Below are positions 19,377-29,029 of a stretch of DNA of 64,000 bases, piece by piece (position 1 is the first letter of the stretch; each line of letters begins with the position of its first letter). The stretch comes from a virus. The DNA lies in IMG/VR virus record IMGVR_UViG_3300022843_000013, positions 1 through 64,000 of that record; one strand, 5' to 3'. A program made the position numbers and the translations under genes. The notes beneath the pieces are model-generated. The model saw nothing but the letters and a program-made list of their open reading frames with translations. It ran no database searches and was not told the DNA's origin.

Positions 19377-21290
19377 CTATTTTTGAGTAGCCTCAGCCAG
19401 CCCTAACCTACCAGCGAGGACATCGCCGAGCTGATTCTTAGTCAGGCCTAGCAAGTTACGCACGGCGTCTTCCATTGCCGGGTTGATCACCGGTCGGGGG
19501 AGCTTTATACGACCCCAACTCTCGCCGCTTACGATGCGCTTATCGAAGAGTCCGCCGTCCACTGATCCCAAAGTCTTGAGGTCCACGAGTTCCCCGTTCT
19601 TTACTTCGATAGGATTGTGCGCGTCGAGGTCTTTGTCGGTAAAGGGTGCCAGGCGAAAGCGGCCCTTGCTGACCTCCCGGGGGTTTATGCCAGCCCCAGA
19701 TAGAATCGCCTGGAATTTGTCCCACACGAAAGGAGACCCCGGTGCCTTCGTGGGCTTGCCGGATCTAAGGTCTCGCCAATACTGGTCATTGCGCTGCCCT
19801 CGAAGGGTGGAGTTCTCTCTCAGGAGTGCGTAAGCTCCAGACGACAGTGCCGCAAAGTTCTCCAGTCCGGAGAATCTCTTAGCTCCTGCGTTCTCACCGC
19901 CGCCGCGTGAAGGTTGCTCGTTCGCGTCGTAACTCCCGGAACCCCGCATACTCAACTTACCTGCGGAAGTGTGGTGAAGCTTGTTGATGAAGGCGTTACC
20001 GACGGTCACGGGGTTAGCCAAAAAGCGCTGCGACTCTGGGTCAAACACGCGCTCTTTTGAAGTGACACCGTGCTGGTCTTCGAGCTGGGAAATGTAATCG
20101 TTCCAAGACTGACCCTTCGGTAAGTAGGACGGGATCTTCAAAGGCTTACCAAGCAGCGCCGCGATTTTACCGAGGCGTATCTCGTGCTGCGACGCTGGGT
20201 TGGCCCTCGAAACCAAAGAGAGCGGGTTTAGGAGGGCGTCTAGAGGCTTCCCGTCCTCAGTGTGCGGCATCTGGGCGTCTGGTATAATGCGAGACACGGT
20301 CGACTTAGCGCCCTGCCGCAGGACCAGCTTGTCACCAACCTCCGTCGGCTTCACGTATCGCAGGACCACCTTGAGGCCGTTCTTGGTTTTTCGCGCGGAA
20401 ACAACCTCTGCGGGTTGATGCCCGTCCCACGTCTGAGAAGCGTCACGCCTAGACTGACGCTGCGCCCGGTTAAGCTTGCCGACGTTCGCTCCAGCGCTGG
20501 ACATAGTCCGGGGCATGGTGGCTAACATGACTGGGTCCCCGGGGTCCAGGATCGTGCCAGGCTTTACGAGTCCATCCTCATCGAAGTTGGTGAGCTTGTC
20601 CTTCGTAAACCTAGACGCGAAAAGTCCCCGGTAGTGGGTTAGCCCAGTCTTGAGGTTGTCCGAAAAGTCCTGCTTCATCACCTTGTAGTGCACCCCAGCC
20701 ATGCGCTTGGCGAAGCTCTCCGAGATGGGGATGGCGTCGTCCATGCTAAAACCCTTCCAAGGAACGAGGCCGATGCGCGCGTTCAGTCCCATGTTCATGG
20801 TGCCGTTGTCGTCGGTGTAGCTAGACGCGGCGATCATCTGCCCAGGTTCGAAGCTGTCACCCTCCTTGAGAAGCACTCGAGAAGTGATGCCCGATTTTTG
20901 GTTGAACGAGAAATTGTTGTATAGGCCCAACTCTCCCGCCTCCCCGTCATCGTATTGCACCGACACGCTGTCAGGAGACACCGCGGTGATCCTACCAGCT
21001 CGCTTGGCGCGCTGAATTCCCATCTTTTCCCCGAGTATGTCATCGAAGCTCCGACCTTCTGGGTCGCTGGGGTCAAGGTTCTGCACGAGCGGTGCCTCCC
21101 CTCCCTCGATAGCATGAGCCTGGTTCGCGAATCTCCCTCCGTAAAACAAGCGGGGAGCCTGCACAGCGGACTGAAGCGGGATACTGTTGGTGTGCGTCCC
21201 ATACTGACGAGACGGGTCTTCCAACTCGTAGTCGACATCTTCGTCGTCGTCGGGGATTTCCTCGAGTCTGTTGTTCCTTACTACGTGCAT
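19377..21290 (-). CDS. Multisubunit RNA polymerase: beta C-terminal part fused to a short beta' N-terminal segment
   Basis: RpoB blocks IPL..APRLFYGGRFANQA, GxNARI..PWKGFSMDDAI, GDKL..RQGAK, LNPLSLVSRAN, KLHH, GAKRFSGLE; then RpoC-like GGLFDKRI..WGRIKL..PVINP. Confidence 0.93.
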   Translation of the reverse strand: MHVVRNNRLEEIPDDDEDVDYELEDPSRQYGTHTNSIPLQSAVQAPRLFYGGRFANQAHAIEGGEAPLVQNLDPSDPEGRSFDDILGEKMGIQRAKRAGRITAVSPDSVSVQYDDGEAGELGLYNNFSFNQKSGITSRVLLKEGDSFEPGQMIAASSYTDDNGTMNMGLNARIGLVPWKGFSMDDAIPISESFAKRMAGVHYKVMKQDFSDNLKTGLTHYRGLFASRFTKDKLTNFDEDGLVKPGTILDPGDPVMLATMPRTMSSAGANVGKLNRAQRQSRRDASQTWDGHQPAEVVSARKTKNGLKVVLRYVKPTEVGDKLVLRQGAKSTVSRIIPDAQMPHTEDGKPLDALLNPLSLVSRANPASQHEIRLGKIAALLGKPLKIPSYLPKGQSWNDYISQLEDQHGVTSKERVFDPESQRFLANPVTVGNAFINKLHHTSAGKLSMRGSGSYDANEQPSRGGGENAGAKRFSGLENFAALSSGAYALLRENSTLRGQRNDQYWRDLRSGKPTKAPGSPFVWDKFQAILSGAGINPREVSKGRFRLAPFTDKDLDAHNPIEVKNGELVDLKTLGSVDGGLFDKRIVSGESWGRIKLPRPVINPAMEDAVRNLLGLTKNQLGDVLAGRLGLAEATQK

Positions 21291-21291
21291 G

Positions 21292-23289
21292 TTATCGTGC
21301 GTAAAGGGACGACAAAGCTCGAAGCTGATCGGGAGAATTCATGACGTCGACGGCGGTCATCGCACTTCCCATCATACCTGGACCCCGGGGTAACGTGGAA
21401 GGCTGCGCCTTGGGAGCCATGGCGCCCGTGCGAAACAGCGTGTCGTATATCCAGTCTCCCATCTTCCCGTAAGAGGTCCGGTAGGCGCCCGGCGACGCGA
21501 ATAACTTCGTAACCATCGGGCTATCGTTGACCCGCTGACCAGCGCCTGGCTTAAGAACCTTTATGCCTGGGGTTGGCGCGAGTCCTGGCGCGGGCGCGGC
21601 AGGACTCGCCGACTTGACGCGCTTGTGCAGCCTGTCTAGGCGCGAACTAGTCAGACGCTGGACAGCTGTCGCTTCGCCCCCTGACGCCTCAGCACTCAGC
21701 TCTCCCTTCTGCTTGGCTAGGTCGGCCTCGGCCTTCTGTCGCTCCATCTGGATCTTCAGGATCTCGTTTTCCTGCGTCTTTTTTCCGAGCTCCATTTGGA
21801 ACTTCTGCTGTTGCTCCATTTGCGCCTGCTGAGACTGCTGCTCCATGGCGGCCGCCTGCTGCGCCCCCTGTTGCTGAGCTTCCGTAGCTGCCTGCTCGGC
21901 TTTCATGATCTGCGGATTAGCGCCCGTCGAAGGAGGCATGGAGTTGGCTGTTGCTTGGCGCATAGCAGGGTTCTGTCCCGGTATGGGAGGAGTGGGGACG
22001 CCGGTGTTCGGGGGAGGAGGGGGAGCCATTCCCGCCTTCTCGGCGTAGATCGTCTCGACGCCGTTTTTGAAGGACGCGACCTTGGAGAGTTGTTGGTGCT
22101 CTCGGTCAATGTCCAGGTCCTCCTCTTCCCTCTCGTTAGGGTTGTCGGGGTCCTCGGGTTTTCGGGTTTTTGTGCGGGCCTTGGTTTCCGAAAGCAAGCG
22201 TCGTCGAGTGTCGCGGCCGATGCGCCCGCGAAGTGCGTTGGACAGGTTGATCTCCTCAATAGGTATTTCCAGCTGAGTCTCGACGTCCCCCGGGTTCTTG
22301 GTTGGGAGGGTCACGCGGACTCTACCTTTACCGCTCTCGGCGATCGCCTTCTCCTGGTTATCAGAATTCTTCTTGGCCTTGTAGGCTGCGATGGCGAGAG
22401 CTCCCAGGCCTAGGCCGCCCGCACCGAGAAGAAGACCCTTAGGGATTTTGTCCCACAGGTTGGATTCAGGCAAGGCAGGCGCGGCGTTCGCTTCATCTTT
22501 TTTTCTAGCGTCTATGTAGTCGACGAGAGACTCAGACACGTTATCGATCTTGTGCATCGTGGACTGCCCTTTTATCAGAGCGTCTTTAGCTGGTGCGAGG
22601 GCGAATGCTCCCAAGCTCGACAAAATACCGGCCTTGCCGTGCCGCGCAGCTGCGTATCCCGCGCTTGCGCCGATCGCGGCGTTCAGGCCTCCAATCAAAG
22701 ATCTCTCTTTATCCCACCCAGAAGGGTCCAAGGTGCTATCAACAGTCCGACTGGCGTCGTTGGCTTGATCGTAGAATGCGACGGTACCGGCGGCGCCTAA
22801 CCCGAGCGCCCCTGCTGTCCCCGCGTTATGCCGGGTGCGCGCCCACCCTTTCAAGGCTTTGGCGGCGCCCCCCGTCATGGCCACCTTCTCGATCACCGGG
22901 ATCGATAGGGAGGCGGCCAGACTCTTGCTCGGGGCGTTGTGCGCCGCGATCAGCGCGCGGACCTCGTCGACCTCGCCCGACTTGCAGCGTAGGACTTGCG
23001 CCACGGCCTGCTTAGCGAAGCCCTGCTCTCGGTGTTCCGGCAGAACTCCGATGGCGTAATACCCCACTTTTCTATCCCCCTCTTGTCGGGACTGCCACCC
23101 GACGAAGCCTACGGGCTCCGCGCCTGCCGCCTTAGATATCAGGTAGAGACCGCCCGGATCGAACTGATCCCTCGCAAGTCCGTAGGGCCAGTAAGACGGC
23201 TCTTCTCGGTAAATCCTACCCATAATACTCTCCGTAGTTGAGAGATCTTCCGAGCTGCTAGCCTTCTTGAACATGCATACGTTTAGCAC
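21292..23289 (-). CDS. Putative virion protein with N-terminal GNAT acetyltransferase domain
   Basis: GNAT motif A GVLPEHREQGFA and NAPSKSLA; Gly/Ala-rich hydrophobic helices, Q-rich coiled coil, several K-x-A motifs. Confidence 0.7.
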   Translation of the reverse strand: MLNVCMFKKASSSEDLSTTESIMGRIYREEPSYWPYGLARDQFDPGGLYLISKAAGAEPVGFVGWQSRQEGDRKVGYYAIGVLPEHREQGFAKQAVAQVLRCKSGEVDEVRALIAAHNAPSKSLAASLSIPVIEKVAMTGGAAKALKGWARTRHNAGTAGALGLGAAGTVAFYDQANDASRTVDSTLDPSGWDKERSLIGGLNAAIGASAGYAAARHGKAGILSSLGAFALAPAKDALIKGQSTMHKIDNVSESLVDYIDARKKDEANAAPALPESNLWDKIPKGLLLGAGGLGLGALAIAAYKAKKNSDNQEKAIAESGKGRVRVTLPTKNPGDVETQLEIPIEEINLSNALRGRIGRDTRRRLLSETKARTKTRKPEDPDNPNEREEEDLDIDREHQQLSKVASFKNGVETIYAEKAGMAPPPPPNTGVPTPPIPGQNPAMRQATANSMPPSTGANPQIMKAEQAATEAQQQGAQQAAAMEQQSQQAQMEQQQKFQMELGKKTQENEILKIQMERQKAEADLAKQKGELSAEASGGEATAVQRLTSSRLDRLHKRVKSASPAAPAPGLAPTPGIKVLKPGAGQRVNDSPMVTKLFASPGAYRTSYGKMGDWIYDTLFRTGAMAPKAQPSTLPRGPGMMGSAMTAVDVMNSPDQLRALSSLYAR

Positions 23290-23296
23290 TTTACTT

Positions 23297-23310
23297 GCGC
23301 TAGGTAAAGA
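23297..23310 (-). promoter_or_regulatory. Conserved upstream element TCTTTACCTAGCGC (copy 1)
   Basis: Identical 14-mer at 47294-47307 and a 10-bp partial at 26101; the full copies lie just upstream of start codons. Confidence 0.5.
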
Positions 23311-23366
23311 GGAACACCAGCCGCCGTCAGGTATTCTGACGGCGGCGGTGAAAACTCCTGCTTTGA

Positions 23367-24551
23367 CTATTTTTCCGGTCCAGATGCGGGAGTCGCCTCC
23401 TGCATCTCGGGTGTTTGAGTGGCCGAGATTACGGCGTCTATTTTTTCGACCACTTCAGGGTCGGGTTGTGGCTCCGGCTTACCGAGCTTACGGCGAGGAG
23501 CTGCGGGGGTAACGCGTCTTGCCGCTGTCGGCGTAACTTCGGGGGATCCCTGAGGATTGACGTGCGGCGCTGCGGGGGTGACCCGCTGCTCCGCTGCCGG
23601 ATCAGGTTGCGGAGACTCCTGCGAAACGACGCGAGGAGCCCCGTGGTCCCTAGCTGGGACCGAGCGAACCTGACGTCGACGATTTACGCGCTCCTTCTTC
23701 TTGGTCTCGCGAGTCTTGAGTTCTCGCACCACGAACGCCATGACCTCTGCGGGAGCGCGGAGTTCTGGAGTTCTAGGGACGTTCTTGTTGCGCCCCCCGA
23801 GGAGGTTCAAGGCCGCCACCGCCAAAGGCCAAGCGGTGGGGACAGCCTGCGCAACTTTCACAGCGGTATCGGAGAGTCTAGCGCCGAAATCCCCAGACCC
23901 AGACCCCGGTACGTTTGCGACATCAAAGCGCGGACCCCACGTGGAGCTGAGGACATATTTCTCAGTGTTCTCCGTGTTGAGGTTACCCTTGTGGATAAAT
24001 CGCCCCGAACGGTTAGGTCCGAATGTGATGACGCCGTAGCACCCTTTGTCCCACTCTTCGTCCGAGATACCAGACGCTGCGCGGACATACGCGCTGTAAT
24101 ACGGAATCTCACGGATCACGAACCTTGGGTCGTTACGGGGGTCCCCGTCTTTTTCCGATATGTGCTCCACCTCGACGTCGGGCTGAATACCCTTCATGAC
24201 GCCCTCTTTGAATAAGCGCTCCGGGCTCATGCTGTAGATCGTGGAGTTCGTGTAGCCTGGCCGCACCTCCCGGTCTTCCCGGTTCTCCAGCACGCGCATC
24301 GCGCCGCCGACGAAGGCGACGATTTTACTATCCGCGTCGTAGCGGACGAGAAGGAACCCAGACGTGCGCGACAGATGCAGCGCATGATACCGGGACCCTG
24401 GGTTAATGCTCAATCCCGCGCTTGCGGGTCCTTTATTGTCATGCTCAGCTGTGCCGACATGGTTCCCGACGTCCTCGCGGACTGAATCGGGGGCTGAGGT
24501 TGTTGTTTTGACCTCAGCACACTTTTCGTCTACATTTAATATGTTGTCCAT
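23367..24551 (-). CDS. Hypothetical protein with Pro/Ala-rich tail
   Basis: 394-aa ORF preceded by a conserved 18-mer. Confidence 0.7.
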   Translation of the reverse strand: MDNILNVDEKCAEVKTTTSAPDSVREDVGNHVGTAEHDNKGPASAGLSINPGSRYHALHLSRTSGFLLVRYDADSKIVAFVGGAMRVLENREDREVRPGYTNSTIYSMSPERLFKEGVMKGIQPDVEVEHISEKDGDPRNDPRFVIREIPYYSAYVRAASGISDEEWDKGCYGVITFGPNRSGRFIHKGNLNTENTEKYVLSSTWGPRFDVANVPGSGSGDFGARLSDTAVKVAQAVPTAWPLAVAALNLLGGRNKNVPRTPELRAPAEVMAFVVRELKTRETKKKERVNRRRQVRSVPARDHGAPRVVSQESPQPDPAAEQRVTPAAPHVNPQGSPEVTPTAARRVTPAAPRRKLGKPEPQPDPEVVEKIDAVISATQTPEMQEATPASGPEK

Positions 24552-24553
24552 AG

Positions 24554-24571
24554 CAAATTATTATGACGCAG
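24554..24571 (-). promoter_or_regulatory. Putative phage promoter CTGCGTCATAATAATTTG (copy 1)
   Basis: Identical 18-mer at 47575-47592; both end 2 nt before an ATG and contain the -10-like CATAAT. Confidence 0.6.
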
Positions 24572-24956
24572 AAGAGAGCCTACTTGCATAGATTTCTGTC
24601 GGTAATTCTAGGGTTAGCGGCCTGCTTCCCGCGTCGGTCAGGTGGTGCAGAAGGGCCTTGTCCGCCCGACTTCTAAGCTTGCGGTGCATGACCTCAGGCT
24701 CCGTCGTCCATTCCGCTCCTAACGGGTCCGACTTCCAGTTGAGTATGCGAACGTAGAACGTGACCTTAGTCAATATGTCCACGGCCGCGAATACGCGATC
24801 GATCTTGTAGTCGACGGAGAAAACAACGCTCGGCAGGCAGCCGGCCCCAATTAAGAGTGCGGCGATCTGTCGAGCGCGTAGTTTTCTACCTACTCCGTAG
24901 AATGGTATCTTTACGACCTCTGGCGGTCCGCTAGGATCCTGAGTAGACTTTAGCAT
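24561..24956 (-). CDS. Hypothetical protein
   Basis: Fits the operon packing. Confidence 0.5.
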   Translation of the reverse strand: MLKSTQDPSGPPEVVKIPFYGVGRKLRARQIAALLIGAGCLPSVVFSVDYKIDRVFAAVDILTKVTFYVRILNWKSDPLGAEWTTEPEVMHRKLRSRADKALLHHLTDAGSRPLTLELPTEIYASRLSSAS

Positions 24957-25332
24957 CTACCAGAAGTCTCGATAGGTTGATGATAACGTCTCTCCCGGCG
25001 AGGTCGGCGGACGCGTCAGTGGGTAGGAATTCGGTGTCGGTAAACCCTAGGGCGAATCTCTCGTTACCTGTGCCTCTGTTCAGGAGGAGCTGGTTGCCGC
25101 TTGTCAGGGTCTCCTCGGATTTTTCCATGACTCGCTTCTTGACGCCTCCGATTCCGAAGTAGGACTCGAGTGTCCTCTTGAGGTGGTTCTGAGCTGCGTC
25201 ACTCAAAGATGTCTTCTCGGACTCAGCGACCTTAGCGACCTTAGCCGGAGCGGCCTCAGCGGGAGCCGGAGCGGCCTCAGCGGTTTTAGGTCTTGCGGAC
25301 TTTTTGGATCGGCTATTCTTATTACTGGACAT
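24931..25332 (-). CDS. Hypothetical protein, Lys/Ala-rich N-terminus
   Basis: ORF composition. Confidence 0.6.
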   Translation of the reverse strand: MSSNKNSRSKKSARPKTAEAAPAPAEAAPAKVAKVAESEKTSLSDAAQNHLKRTLESYFGIGGVKKRVMEKSEETLTSGNQLLLNRGTGNERFALGFTDTEFLPTDASADLAGRDVIINLSRLLVDAKVYSGS

Positions 25333-25342
25333 GTCGGTTGTT

Positions 25343-25900
25343 TTAAATGGTTATATGCAGACCCTCTTGAAAGTCTGACGTCTTAAATAGCATGATATCT
25401 TGATTGAAGCATGTAAAGGCGAAAGGATCGTCGGGATCTCCGAGTATCGAGGTTTTGCTGGATCGTTTCGCGTCCCGCCAGTGCGCGTCGTAGTCTTCGT
25501 CCGCCATGGGAATCGCGACCGCTCCGTCGTCCAGCTTAGGGTAGGCATCACGTAAGTCGATCGGCTCCTCCCCTTTCATGACGTCCGGCATTGGCCCCTG
25601 CTCCCATCGACGCCACATCTTCATAGCTCGGTGGGCAGCTTTACCCGGGTCCATAGGCGCGTGGACAAAATACTCACGCTGAACAGGCACGATATCAAAC
25701 TTACTACCATACTTCAGAAGTATAACGCACCAACATGTGTGGGCCCTCACTAGGCGATCCCCTTCGTCTGTCTTGCCCAAGTGGTGCAGTCTTCGCAAAT
25801 AGGATGCGCTCAGGATCGCCGGATGCTTGCCGGAGATCGGCACCCCCTTGTCGCTATACATCTGAACCCTCTTTTTACCTCGCGCTTCATTGTTTACCAT
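25343..25900 (-). CDS. Hypothetical protein
   Basis: Long ORF. Confidence 0.6.
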   Translation of the reverse strand: MVNNEARGKKRVQMYSDKGVPISGKHPAILSASYLRRLHHLGKTDEGDRLVRAHTCWCVILLKYGSKFDIVPVQREYFVHAPMDPGKAAHRAMKMWRRWEQGPMPDVMKGEEPIDLRDAYPKLDDGAVAIPMADEDYDAHWRDAKRSSKTSILGDPDDPFAFTCFNQDIMLFKTSDFQEGLHITI

Positions 25901-26121
25901 GCGTGCAGACTCTCAGGCGCGGCGCGCCAGTCAACAGTATCTTTTCGTCCTTGCGAAGTGTAGACAGCGCGAAGTCATCTCCTTTGACGGTCCCTGTCTA
26001 CCCTTGGATAGCTCGATGCCATATGGCGCTTAGGATTACGACGTGCCCAGGGAGGACAAATAGTGTCTTTTTCGTTTGTAATCGGGGTAGACAATAATGA
26101 CGCTAGGTAAGCAAACTTTGT

Positions 26122-26646
26122 CTACGCCTCGGAGATCTCATCGAATCTTCCGTTGGTGAGTTTTAGAGAATGCACGTAGCGCCTTGACGGCAGCTTCAAG
26201 TGGCGCGCCAGTATCTGCTTCGCTCTCGGAACGGATCCCTTGGCTGGGGACGGGTCCCTGACGTCTCCCAGATTCTTAGCGCGCAGAATATACACGCTGT
26301 CAGGAGACGACTCTAGGTATTTTAGAGAAGACTCCGCATCCCCGACTTCGGTGTAGCCGGCGTAAGAAGGGTTCGCTTCTTTGACTTTCTCTCGTGCCGT
26401 AATGAGCTGCCGGAGAGCAAGCTCAAGGTCGGGGGACGACACCCCCTCGATGTCTTCGGTAACCGAGAACGCCCGTAGTATTACGAGGTCCTCCTGCTGC
26501 ATCTCGTGGTATCCTGAGGGTCCCAGTAAAAGCAGGCTTTCGTAGTTGATCGTCAACCCCGCGGAGCTGACGTAGCCCCTCACGATAAATTTTCGACCTG
26601 GTGTGAGCTTCTCTGCGTTTACTAGGATGTCTTTTATTGTTTTCAT
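26122..26646 (-). CDS. Hypothetical protein
   Basis: ORF with A-rich leader. Confidence 0.6.
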   Translation of the reverse strand: MKTIKDILVNAEKLTPGRKFIVRGYVSSAGLTINYESLLLLGPSGYHEMQQEDLVILRAFSVTEDIEGVSSPDLELALRQLITAREKVKEANPSYAGYTEVGDAESSLKYLESSPDSVYILRAKNLGDVRDPSPAKGSVPRAKQILARHLKLPSRRYVHSLKLTNGRFDEISEA

Positions 26647-26656
26647 ATTTTTGGAT

Positions 26657-26690
26657 AAAAAAGCCGAGGGAGCGCTAACTCCCTCGGCTT
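26657..26690 (-). terminator. Intrinsic terminator
   Basis: AAGCCGAGGGAG/CTCCCTCGGCTT stem followed by a T-run on the - strand. Confidence 0.8.
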
Positions 26691-26706
26691 AAGGTAAATT
26701 GTTTAT

Positions 26707-28017
26707 CTAATCGGACTCCAGGGTTGGGTTCGGATTATCGAATGCCATAAACTCGTCCACTGGGTCGTCTTCGGCGCCTTTGTTTATCTCGCCATCTCCC
26801 GCACCGCCAGACTCTTCCGACTCGGATGCCAGCACTCCTCCCGCGTCCGTCTGTAGCGCCTCCTCAATTTCTTTGGGTTGCTGCGACTTTAAGGTGTCCC
26901 GGAGCTGATCGGACGCCACAGAGTAAGACGCACCGGCCTTCACGAGATGAGGCCTGAACATAACCGCGTGCATAAGAGCGCCAACACTGGCGAGCTTCTC
27001 TATAGCATCGGGGTCCTGCCGGGATACGGTGTCGTAGATATCGGGGGCCATGTCCTGATACTCGGACGACGCCAAGACCGACGCGACAGGTCGAAGCTTG
27101 GCCGACTTGCATATCAGAGCGGCCGCTACCACTCTCCCTGGCAGGTCGGCGGGGCTATCGGACGCCCCCTTTACGATCTCAATGAGGGCCTCTAGGCCTC
27201 CGGCTTCGTAGGCATGCGCCATACCGCCAGTTCCGTGCTTCGCTGCCGCGTTGAGTAAGTCGGACGTCAGACTGATGCTGGCGCGCTTTTCTGTGGCCAT
27301 CTGATCTGTCACGAGTAGAAGAAACTCGTCGCCGCATTCTTCGAAGTCTTTCTTGGCCGCGGCGGACTTGGGTAAGTATTCGTCGGTGACGTCCTCGATC
27401 TCCCCAGGCCCTGACACTTGCCGTATCCGCCTTGGTCCTTTAAGTCCGGGCCTCTTGATTGTCGGGAAGGTCTTGTTGAGGGCTGCGTAAGCTACGCCCC
27501 CGGAAGCCATAGCAGCCAACAACGGAACGGCCACGGGGAAGGCGAGCACCAGATCCGAGAACGTCATCTTAGTATCCGCCGACTTTTCTATCTCAGCGTC
27601 AGAAAGCGCGATGGTCTCGTTCTGGGCCTCGTCGAGCATACGCTGCCTACGCTTCTTCATCGCGAAATTATAAACCATCTGCGTCAGAGCATACGCACCG
27701 CCTGCTCCCACGACGCCTGCAGTTAGGCCAACACCGGGCGCCAGCCAATCTTTGGCTGTAGCAGACTTCTCCTTACCTGACGGCGGGGCTTGAATGTAGA
27801 GGGTGTCGTCATTGAGTCGAGACTCGTCATTCAACTCCTCCTCTTTTTTAAGGGACTTGAGGTAGTTGACCAGAGCGACAGCAGCACTTACTCCACCCCC
27901 AAGCATAAGACCGCCGGTGGCCAACTGACTTATGAGCTCGTCGCCCCGGTCAGGGGGCGTAGCAGGCGTAAAAGTTTTCTTTAGGCTGTCGGCGGCTTGA
28001 TCGATAAAAGAGGGCAT
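26707..28017 (-). CDS. Putative virion protein with hydrophobic helices and K-x-A motifs
   Basis: Likely start MPSFIDQ; EKSA x2, PKSA, EKRA, VKGA, CKSA, EKLA; Gly-rich hydrophobic segments. Confidence 0.65.
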   Translation of the reverse strand: MPSFIDQAADSLKKTFTPATPPDRGDELISQLATGGLMLGGGVSAAVALVNYLKSLKKEEELNDESRLNDDTLYIQAPPSGKEKSATAKDWLAPGVGLTAGVVGAGGAYALTQMVYNFAMKKRRQRMLDEAQNETIALSDAEIEKSADTKMTFSDLVLAFPVAVPLLAAMASGGVAYAALNKTFPTIKRPGLKGPRRIRQVSGPGEIEDVTDEYLPKSAAAKKDFEECGDEFLLLVTDQMATEKRASISLTSDLLNAAAKHGTGGMAHAYEAGGLEALIEIVKGASDSPADLPGRVVAAALICKSAKLRPVASVLASSEYQDMAPDIYDTVSRQDPDAIEKLASVGALMHAVMFRPHLVKAGASYSVASDQLRDTLKSQQPKEIEEALQTDAGGVLASESEESGGAGDGEINKGAEDDPVDEFMAFDNPNPTLESD

Positions 28018-28019
28018 GA

Positions 28020-28481
28020 TTACAGTTTCTGGTATTGGATTTTCTCGTATGTGAGATACACCGACCACCCGCCGTTGAATTGCTGGCGCTCGTGTGTGAT
28101 TATAGAGACCTGAGGGTCTAGCAGTGCGGATTTTTTCTGGATCACGTTTAGCTTCGCGAGATCTTCACCGTCTCCTAGATTAAGAACGACAGTGGTCGGT
28201 TCAACCCCGCGAAGTGATTCTGGGTATTTTGAGGACTGACCCGGGAAGGATGGCTCGTTTCCCCACGTGCTGTTAGCGGCGGGGACATCTACGATCGAAT
28301 CTTCCTTATCGACGGGATCTTCCTCCGCTCTTTCCTCTAGGCGGTTCATGGTGGCAGCAACGGAAGAATCTCCCGCTGACAACTCCTTTTTTTTATCGAT
28401 TACAGACGCGGCCGCCTCATGCTCGTCGAAGGAATTCATAAATTCCTCTTCCTGATTCTGCGCTACGACACTAGACGTCAT
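28020..28481 (-). CDS. Hypothetical protein
   Basis: Fits the operon packing. Confidence 0.6.
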   Translation of the reverse strand: MTSSVVAQNQEEEFMNSFDEHEAAASVIDKKKELSAGDSSVAATMNRLEERAEEDPVDKEDSIVDVPAANSTWGNEPSFPGQSSKYPESLRGVEPTTVVLNLGDGEDLAKLNVIQKKSALLDPQVSIITHERQQFNGGWSVYLTYEKIQYQKL

Positions 28482-29025
28482 AAACCTCCCCTCCCTGCTC
28501 CATGATTTTTTCGTTGCCCATGTCCTCTCTTATGTCTCGGCTCAGTTCTTTGTAAGCTCTGATCTTTTCAAGCATCTGCTCATTGCTAGCGGAAGATTGT
28601 TTCGCGTTGCGGGCCAAGAGGAACGCGAGAGCTCCAAGAGTTCCACCCCCGAGAACACCGGCGGTCATGACGTTCTTCATCATTCCGCCTCCGACCTTGT
28701 CGTGGGCGAGCGCCATGAGCGGGACGGCTCCCGCTTGTTTGGCTAGGGCCCGCTTAACGCAGTCCGTGAAAGCGTTGTATCCGGTGCTCCACTCCGGGGT
28801 GGTCGCTAGATTCTTGAACAGGAGGGCCTCCGGTGAGTTACCCGTGCCGGACGCGTCGAAGGCGGCCGCTGCGATCTTACACAGCTCCCGGTTGAACGGG
28901 GCGGCTTCCACACTCTGCATGATAGCCGCTTGCGACACGGACGCCTGAACGTCCGCGGTGTCCCTCTCGTTTACTACAAAGCCCAGGGCTGTTCCTAATT
29001 TGAAAAATGGATCGTTATTATTCAT
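28471..29025 (-). CDS. Putative virion protein
   Basis: CKIA and AKQA motifs; GxxxG hydrophobic helix. Confidence 0.6.
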   Translation of the reverse strand: MNNNDPFFKLGTALGFVVNERDTADVQASVSQAAIMQSVEAAPFNRELCKIAAAAFDASGTGNSPEALLFKNLATTPEWSTGYNAFTDCVKRALAKQAGAVPLMALAHDKVGGGMMKNVMTAGVLGGGTLGALAFLLARNAKQSSASNEQMLEKIRAYKELSRDIREDMGNEKIMEQGGEVYDV

Positions 29026-29029
29026 GTCT